Shown here: piece by piece, positions 58,223 to 64,000 of the stretch | How the letters are laid out: each line of letters opens with the position of its first letter | Numbering within the stretch: position 1 is the first letter of the stretch | Sequence record: OR258281.1 | Length of the DNA: 64,000 nucleotides | Reading direction: 5' to 3' (one strand) | The notes under the pieces: model-generated | What the model was told of the DNA's origin: nothing | What the model saw: only the letters and a program-made list of their open reading frames with translations | Database searches by the model: none | Translations under genes and position numbers: made by a program

Positions 58223-58990
58223 ATGACAGTAAGAATGAAAGACACAGAGACATTCATTTATCGTGCTTCACAAGTACATAATGATACTTATGACTATAGT
58301 AAAGTACACTATGTTAACAGTACTACTAAGGTAAAGATATTGTGCAGAGAGCATGGTGAATTTGAAATGTTACCTGGAAACCACATCTCTGGTAAAAATG
58401 GATGTTCTAAATGTTCTGGTAAACACAAATATAGTACTTCTGAATTTATTCAAATGTCTAAAGCTAGGTTTGGGGTAGCCCTAGATTATTCAAAAACTAT
58501 GTATGTTAACCGTGAAACTAAAGTAGTATTAACATGTAAAAAACACGGTGACTTTAGCGTAGTTCCATCTGCACACTTATTAGCAAGGACAGCATGTCCG
58601 AATTGTTTTAAATGGGATCTTGATTCATTCAAGATGCATTGTTCTAGATTAAATAAAAACAAATTTGATTACAGCAAAGTTAAATTTAATAGCGTAGATG
58701 AACGAGTAACCATAATTTGTCCGGTACATGGTGAATTTGAACAGCTTGTGTACTCACATTTGGGTGGGAGTGGCTGCACTAATTGCAGTAAAACTAAAGC
58801 TTGGGATAAGGAACGTTTTGTTGAGTATTTTACCGAAAAATACAAAGGTCTAGATAATTATGATAAAGTTCTATATGTAAATCAACATACCAAAGTTACA
58901 GTTACCTGTAATGAACATGGTGATTACGATATATTGCCACTGAATTATAAGGTCAATCGTTGTAAAAAATGTAGAGGTACTAGTCGATGA
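58223..58990 (+). CDS. Protein of four homing-endonuclease-associated Zn-binding repeats, with no nuclease domain seen
   Basis: 4x about 63-aa F...YDYSKV.Y.N...KV...C..HG.F......H....GC..C. Confidence 0.75.
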   Translation: MTVRMKDTETFIYRASQVHNDTYDYSKVHYVNSTTKVKILCREHGEFEMLPGNHISGKNGCSKCSGKHKYSTSEFIQMSKARFGVALDYSKTMYVNRETKVVLTCKKHGDFSVVPSAHLLARTACPNCFKWDLDSFKMHCSRLNKNKFDYSKVKFNSVDERVTIICPVHGEFEQLVYSHLGGSGCTNCSKTKAWDKERFVEYFTEKYKGLDNYDKVLYVNQHTKVTVTCNEHGDYDILPLNYKVNRCKKCRGTSR

Positions 58991-59175
58991 ACTCCTTAAA
59001 AAAGATCTGGTACAGTACTAATTTCAGAGTATTTGTACTTCTTATTCCTACTTATTTTATTTTTCTATTTCCTATTTTGTACTACACTATTCCGTATGTT
59101 TATATAGGTTTAGTACTTCAAGTAGTTTATATCGGTCTTATTATTCTTGCGTGGAAGTATAATAACGATGAATAA
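58987..59175 (+). CDS. Small membrane protein
   Basis: Two hydrophobic segments. Confidence 0.65.
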   Translation: MNSLKKIWYSTNFRVFVLLIPTYFIFLFPILYYTIPYVYIGLVLQVVYIGLIILAWKYNNDE

Positions 59176-59710
59176 AATCATTAAAGATATAATAGATATT
59201 CATTTACAATTGAGTGCTGAATATCTAAAATTCTATAAAGACGACCAAACTTACTATGATGAAATAACTTTGAAATTTATACCTAACTTTGAAACTAAGC
59301 AAGATTATGAAAAATTTAGTATTTATGGGGGTGGTATTAGTTACGAAAGTAGAAAGATATATAACAAATATAGCACTAAAATTTATAGTAAAGAATCTGA
59401 TTATTGTGGATATTTAACTTCTTATTTTGGTTGTAACCGAAATGATTCTTGGATATATAAGTCAACTAATAGTTCAGTACTTGCTAAAGATTTAATGTTA
59501 GTAACACCAAATAAAAATATTAGAATCCAAGACTCAGACGTTGAATTACCATATAATCTCATAAGTAAGGACGAGTATTTCAACTTGTCTTTAGAACATG
59601 ACATTCCATCATATGAACTGTATCACTTGGGTTTAAAGCTTAGTAATGATATTAACAGTACTGTTGAATTACTAATGAATGAAAAAATATTGGAACTGGT
59701 CAAAAAATGA
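59168..59710 (+). CDS. FNLS-motif family member 32
   Basis: SKDEYFNLSLEHDIPSYELY. Confidence 0.85.
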   Translation: MNKIIKDIIDIHLQLSAEYLKFYKDDQTYYDEITLKFIPNFETKQDYEKFSIYGGGISYESRKIYNKYSTKIYSKESDYCGYLTSYFGCNRNDSWIYKSTNSSVLAKDLMLVTPNKNIRIQDSDVELPYNLISKDEYFNLSLEHDIPSYELYHLGLKLSNDINSTVELLMNEKILELVKK

Positions 59711-60261
59711 ATAACATTATAAAACATTTTTTAGACATTCATGTACGTCTTACTAATGAGTACTTCTTAGTATATGATACTGATATTTCATCTAAAAGTC
59801 AGCATGGGTATCTTAAACCAAATTTTACAGAAAATATTGAAGAAGAACATTATTCAATTATTGGAAAGGGTTACCACTATGGTAACCATAAAAGTAACAA
59901 CAAGTACATGGCTACTGTCAAGAACAAAGAAGACAAACCGTGTCTGCATTTTGTAACCCACTTTGGTAATGACAAGATCGGAAACACATGCATCTATCGT
60001 ATTAAAGAAGATAATGCTTTGATGGTAGATGGTATGGTGATGAGGAATTGTCAAGGTCTAAAAGTACATAAAACTAATAGAGTACTTCCATTAGGGTTGA
60101 TACCAAAAGATGAGTACTTTAACTTAAGCCTAGAGAACGAAATCCCTTCATATGAGCTTTATCTATTAGGAATACAGAACTATAGTACATTTCCGGGGTA
60201 TGTAGCTTGTAAAATTTATGAACCTTTACTGGATTTAATTAAGGTACTTAATTATGAATAA
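59707..60261 (+). CDS. FNLS-motif family member 33
   Basis: PKDEYFNLSLENEIPSYELY. Confidence 0.85.
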   Translation: MNNIIKHFLDIHVRLTNEYFLVYDTDISSKSQHGYLKPNFTENIEEEHYSIIGKGYHYGNHKSNNKYMATVKNKEDKPCLHFVTHFGNDKIGNTCIYRIKEDNALMVDGMVMRNCQGLKVHKTNRVLPLGLIPKDEYFNLSLENEIPSYELYLLGIQNYSTFPGYVACKIYEPLLDLIKVLNYE

Positions 60262-60784
60262 ATTAGAGCATATCATTTTTATACATAGTAAATCTGTAAC
60301 ATCTTTTGCAAGAATTTTTAGTACTACAAAATCTGAACTCACCGAAGATGAAAAATTCGTTAATCCTTGCTTTAAAAGTAATGATGATTTTGATGATGTA
60401 GAAACTTTATCCTTTGGGTATAAACATGGTTCTGCAAAAACCAATAATATGATAATCACACACTTTGGTTTTGGTGGGAAAGCTATAGGTAACATTACAA
60501 CGTATTTTGAAAATAATAGCATTAAGTTCAATCATAACTCGTGCAAAATAACGAAAGATGGAATAACTGTCAATGATAGTGATGTTTATGAATGTCGTAA
60601 TGATGAATTAAAAATCGTCACTATTGAACCGGATTATACTAAAGATGAATATTTCAATCTGAGTTTAGAATATAATTTATGTAAGTTTGAATTATTTGAG
60701 TACTCAAAACTTGTTAGGATGTATGTACCCTGCACGGCTTCGATATTATTAACTCCAGATATATTAGGATTTGACCTATTATGA
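60254..60784 (+). CDS. FNLS-motif family member 34
   Basis: TKDEYFNLSLEYNLCKFELF. Confidence 0.85.
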   Translation: MNKLEHIIFIHSKSVTSFARIFSTTKSELTEDEKFVNPCFKSNDDFDDVETLSFGYKHGSAKTNNMIITHFGFGGKAIGNITTYFENNSIKFNHNSCKITKDGITVNDSDVYECRNDELKIVTIEPDYTKDEYFNLSLEYNLCKFELFEYSKLVRMYVPCTASILLTPDILGFDLL

Positions 60785-61356
60785 CTCAATATCAGTTAGA
60801 TTTATTTTTAAGTACTCACTCCGATAAATGTGAAGAATTTAGAAAGAATTGGTATAGTATTAATTGTAAAATACATAATAAAGGTGGTGGTGATATTAGT
60901 GTAGAAGCTTCACTATCACAAGATGTAGATCTTGACGGATATACATTTAAATTTGTTGGATTTAATTATGACGAAGATATTTCAACCTGTAAGCTAACTA
61001 CGTATATTACTAATAATGATGATGTGTTATTTGCATTAGAAAGTTATTTTATGCCAGAACCATCAGATGATGATAAACCTGAAGTCCATTACCATATGAC
61101 TAATAACGAATTAAGTGCTATATGCTCTGACCACGTTATGATAACTCAAAACCGGCAGATGAAACTTTATAAAAATGAGACTAATTACAAGATTCTGGAG
61201 ATAGATGAATGTAATTTGTCCAAAGATGAGTATTTTAATTTATCATTAGAATACATTATGCCAAGTTATGAACTTTATAAACACGCACAAAATTATCATA
61301 AATCCTGCCCTTATAACTCAATAATGTATTTTACTGAACGTAGTTTAAAATTATGA
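60781..61356 (+). CDS. FNLS-motif family member 35
   Basis: SKDEYFNLSLEYIMPSYELY. Confidence 0.85.
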   Translation: MTQYQLDLFLSTHSDKCEEFRKNWYSINCKIHNKGGGDISVEASLSQDVDLDGYTFKFVGFNYDEDISTCKLTTYITNNDDVLFALESYFMPEPSDDDKPEVHYHMTNNELSAICSDHVMITQNRQMKLYKNETNYKILEIDECNLSKDEYFNLSLEYIMPSYELYKHAQNYHKSCPYNSIMYFTERSLKL

Positions 61357-61886
61357 AATCAAACACAATCTTAAAATATATGCGTATGCATAATAAAGAA
61401 GTTAAGAAATTTAAAGAAAGATACAGAGAAGAACCTAATGTTGAACGTGGTGTGGATGGTAATTATCTGTGTTCATCAAGAAAAGAAGTTAATCTAAATG
61501 GATTAGTTTTTGTTTATAAAGGTTTTAAAAATAATGGGTACAATCCTTGTTTTATAACATGTGCTTATAATAAAAATTACGAACCTGTTGTTCAGTTCAA
61601 TACTTTTTTCTCACATACATACAGAGAACAAGAAATAACTGAAAGTTTAAAAAACTTGGATAATAAAATGAGTTCTGAATATTTTAGAATTTCATATAAA
61701 ACCAACATGTTTTTGGCGGGAGAAATGAGAGATCTAAGTAATCTTATATCAAAGGACGAGTACTTTAATCTAAGTTTGCAATATGAACTGTGTCCATATG
61801 AATTATATCTATTAGGTATTAAATTGAATTCTTCTATTTCGAATACAGTAGAAATACTAATTACACCAAAATTACTGGAATTATAA
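61353..61886 (+). CDS. FNLS-motif family member 36
   Basis: SKDEYFNLSLQYELCPYELY. Confidence 0.85.
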   Translation: MKSNTILKYMRMHNKEVKKFKERYREEPNVERGVDGNYLCSSRKEVNLNGLVFVYKGFKNNGYNPCFITCAYNKNYEPVVQFNTFFSHTYREQEITESLKNLDNKMSSEYFRISYKTNMFLAGEMRDLSNLISKDEYFNLSLQYELCPYELYLLGIKLNSSISNTVEILITPKLLEL

Positions 61887-63028
61887 TGAAAGATAATAAA
61901 AAACTATATGACGAATTGATGGCTCTTTGCGATACAACTGAAGTATTTTATTTTAAAGACCATACTAATCTTGACAAGACGTATCGTATTTTCGATTATC
62001 GCCTTGCAAGCTATACTGATTTCTGCCAGCCAAGTGCATTGGAATGTCGTGGAACTATGTTTGAAGTTACGGAAAATGGTGAGTTTATTAAACTTGCAGC
62101 CCGTACAATGGACAAGTTCTTTAACTATGGTGAAAATCCATTTACTATGTTTGACCAGAATATTTCAAGTTCAGAAATTGAAATGGCAATCGATAAACTG
62201 GATGGTTCATTGATTAGTACTTTCATGAATGGTGATGTTCGTGTTCAGTGTAAATCTAAAGGTTCACTGTCATCTGACCATGCAGTACTGGCTAATAAAT
62301 TACTACATAATGATCAGAAGAAAGAAAATGAAGTAGCTATTCTGGAGTCCTATGGGTATACAGTTAACTTCGAACTTCTTTCTCCTGAGTTACGTATTGT
62401 TGTTCCTTACCAGAAAGATGAATTACGTTTCCTGAATGCACGTCATCGTATTAGTGGTGAATATCTTCCAATGGAAGAATTAAAAGAAAACTATCCAGAA
62501 CTGTATAGTACTTCAGTATATCAGGATGGTTATATTTCTAAAGATGTACCAATGAAAGAAACATTACATCAAACAGTACTAGCAGTCCGAGAGATGAAGG
62601 GTGATATTGAAGGTTTTGTATTCAAGTTAAAATCCGGTACATTCTTTAAGGTTAAAACTGATAAGTACTGTGCTTTACATCACACAAAAGATTCAATTAA
62701 TGTTGACTCTAATCTTTTTAACGCAGTACTTGAGGGTGCAACAGATGATCTACGTCAATTGTTTGCAACGGATGAGTACTGTATTACTAAAATAAAAAAG
62801 ATGGAACACTTGGTGTTCTCGACCTATAATAACATTATAGATGTTGTGACTAAGTTTTACGAAAGCAACAAACATCTTGAGCGAAAGGAATTCGCTTTGA
62901 AGGTCCAGAAAGAATTAGATCCATCAATCGGAAAACATGGTTTAGCATTCATTATGTACTCAGGCAACACGCCGGATTATAAACTAGTAATGCAGAAAAA
63001 CATGAAATACATTCTAGAAGGGTTTTAA
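61886..63028 (+). CDS. rnlA: RNA ligase 1 (T4 Rnl1-like)
   Basis: IFDYRLASYTDF, ALECRGTMF, KFFNYGENP, KLDGSLIST, NFELLSP, EGFVF, KVKT. Confidence 0.9.
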   Translation: MKDNKKLYDELMALCDTTEVFYFKDHTNLDKTYRIFDYRLASYTDFCQPSALECRGTMFEVTENGEFIKLAARTMDKFFNYGENPFTMFDQNISSSEIEMAIDKLDGSLISTFMNGDVRVQCKSKGSLSSDHAVLANKLLHNDQKKENEVAILESYGYTVNFELLSPELRIVVPYQKDELRFLNARHRISGEYLPMEELKENYPELYSTSVYQDGYISKDVPMKETLHQTVLAVREMKGDIEGFVFKLKSGTFFKVKTDKYCALHHTKDSINVDSNLFNAVLEGATDDLRQLFATDEYCITKIKKMEHLVFSTYNNIIDVVTKFYESNKHLERKEFALKVQKELDPSIGKHGLAFIMYSGNTPDYKLVMQKNMKYILEGF

Positions 63029-63053
63029 TACATAAGCCAGACAGGGAGTAGTT

Positions 63054-63347
63054 ATGGCTGAACCTAAGTATAAATTGAAAAAAGGTACTGTTAGAACACC
63101 AGAAGAACATAGAATGATACTTCAGGAAATAGACACGTTACATAAGAAAAAATCTGCTGTAGGTGTACATAAATCTAAAAAGAGAATCTATAACACTTTT
63201 GGTATTAGCAGTACTAAGTACAAAAAGACAAAGAAACCCCAAGAGCAAAAAGAACGTGTTCACATGCGAGAGATCTACGGATCGGATTTCTCAAATAATG
63301 TTAAACACACTGAAGACCTTACTTATAGAAAGAAAAAGTTCATATGA
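63054..63347 (+). CDS. Hypothetical basic protein
   Basis: GGGAG RBS. Confidence 0.7.
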   Translation: MAEPKYKLKKGTVRTPEEHRMILQEIDTLHKKKSAVGVHKSKKRIYNTFGISSTKYKKTKKPQEQKERVHMREIYGSDFSNNVKHTEDLTYRKKKFI

Positions 63348-63568
63348 GAAAGCGTGTTAAAATGCTTACCCTTACTGTTAATGATAAACAGTACGTTATG
63401 CTTAAGCAGGACGGGTTCAATAACAAAACAGTACTTAACAATATCGTAGTAACTTTATGTGAGAATGGTGAAGAATATTATATTCTTGACCAGGATAAAA
63501 TCTTTGTAACCAAAACCGGAATGTTCCATCTTGAGATGGAATTGAGTTCCGAAATCGAATTTTACTAA
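63344..63568 (+). CDS. Hypothetical protein
   Basis: ATGA overlap. Confidence 0.7.
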   Translation: MRKRVKMLTLTVNDKQYVMLKQDGFNNKTVLNNIVVTLCENGEEYYILDQDKIFVTKTGMFHLEMELSSEIEFY

Positions 63569-63580
63569 GAGGATATAAAA

Positions 63581-63808
63581 GTGAACGTTCAGACAATTCA
63601 TAGCGTAGTTCAAGATGAAACAGTACTTAAATTCAACTCACTGAAAGATTACTTCAGATGTATTGAGTTTCTTGATGAACGAAATTTAAAATGGACACCA
63701 CTCACTTATAGTTCACTAAAAGATAAAGCAAGTATTCGTGTTGCAGAACATGAACTAATTATTATAACAAATAGATTTGGAATGGATAAATGGCTAAAAT
63801 CGTATTAA
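63581..63808 (+). CDS. Hypothetical protein
   Basis: GAGGA RBS, GTG start. Confidence 0.65.
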   Translation: MNVQTIHSVVQDETVLKFNSLKDYFRCIEFLDERNLKWTPLTYSSLKDKASIRVAEHELIIITNRFGMDKWLKSY

Positions 63809-64000
63809 CTTACGGTCCACCCGGATGTGGAAAAAGTACTTGGGCTGTACAAAAGCTTTCTAAAATGAAAGGTAAAACAGTAATCGTGAATCTTGATGAT
63901 TTACGTTCTACTATGTTTGGTTCCCTAGATAATTACAAGTACAATAACGATAATGAGAAGTACGTAAGAACAGTACAGTGCTCTCAGGTTGAAGAACTTG
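63790..64000 (+). CDS. pseT: Polynucleotide kinase, 5-prime part truncated by the window end (not in the ORF track)
   Basis: MAKIVLTYGPPGCGKSTWA...VNLDDLR; P-loop and DxxR pattern as in T4 Pnk; near rnlA. Confidence 0.85.
   Translation, partial: MAKIVLTYGPPGCGKSTWAVQKLSKMKGKTVIVNLDDLRSTMFGSLDNYKYNNDNEKYVRTVQCSQVEEL

Noticed and set aside
69-60531. Minus-strand ORFs and short alternative-frame ORFs in the track (e.g. 7197-7511, 7548-7928, 12352-12606, 20236-20595, 44758-45048, 52077-52463)
   Set aside because: They are shadows of well-supported + strand genes, with no RBS and atypical composition.
32259-61886. Diversity-generating retroelement or retron as the source of paralog diversity
   Set aside because: No reverse transcriptase or template/variable repeat pair with adenine-specific changes is seen in the window; differences are synonymous-rich and old.
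600-64000. AGTACT as SlmA-binding sites (GTGAGTACTCAC core)
   Set aside because: The flanking GTG/CAC bases are not conserved at the sites inspected.

Overview
The window is a 64-kb piece of a very AT-rich lytic dsDNA phage genome. Essentially all credible genes are on the + strand. Gene style, RBS form (GGGGATA) and T4-like Rnl1/Pnk suggest a jumbo myovirus of Enterobacterales (RaK2/GAP32/CBB-like), which is an inference not checked by search. It has three zones. (1) About 1-1500 is non-coding with repeats. (2) About 1.5-32 kb is an early/host-takeover region of roughly 70 small ORFs, most with their own sigma70-type promoter; about 21 promoters are copies of one palindromic promoter+RBS cassette. 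(3) About 32.2-64 kb is a tightly packed array in which 36 otherwise divergent 135-190 aa proteins share a C-terminal [DE]-[DE]-x-F-N-x-S-[LT] motif. That array is interleaved with a ligase-like nucleotidyltransferase, a phage Dam-family MTase, a HIGH nucleotidyltransferase, a SpoT-type HD hydrolase, RNA ligase 1 and the start of Pnk. The strongest unexplained signals are: two covarying copies of a 550-590 nt structured non-coding element, each behind a distinct promoter class (TGAAAY-N17-TATACT); the 36-member paralog family; 13 ORF-less sigma70 promoters followed by a conserved GC-rich motif, six with a Fur-like box; two H-NS-like proteins; and heavy over-representation of AGTACT. No tRNA, CRISPR array, integrase, transposase or reverse transcriptase was recognised. 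All family calls come from motif recognition by eye.
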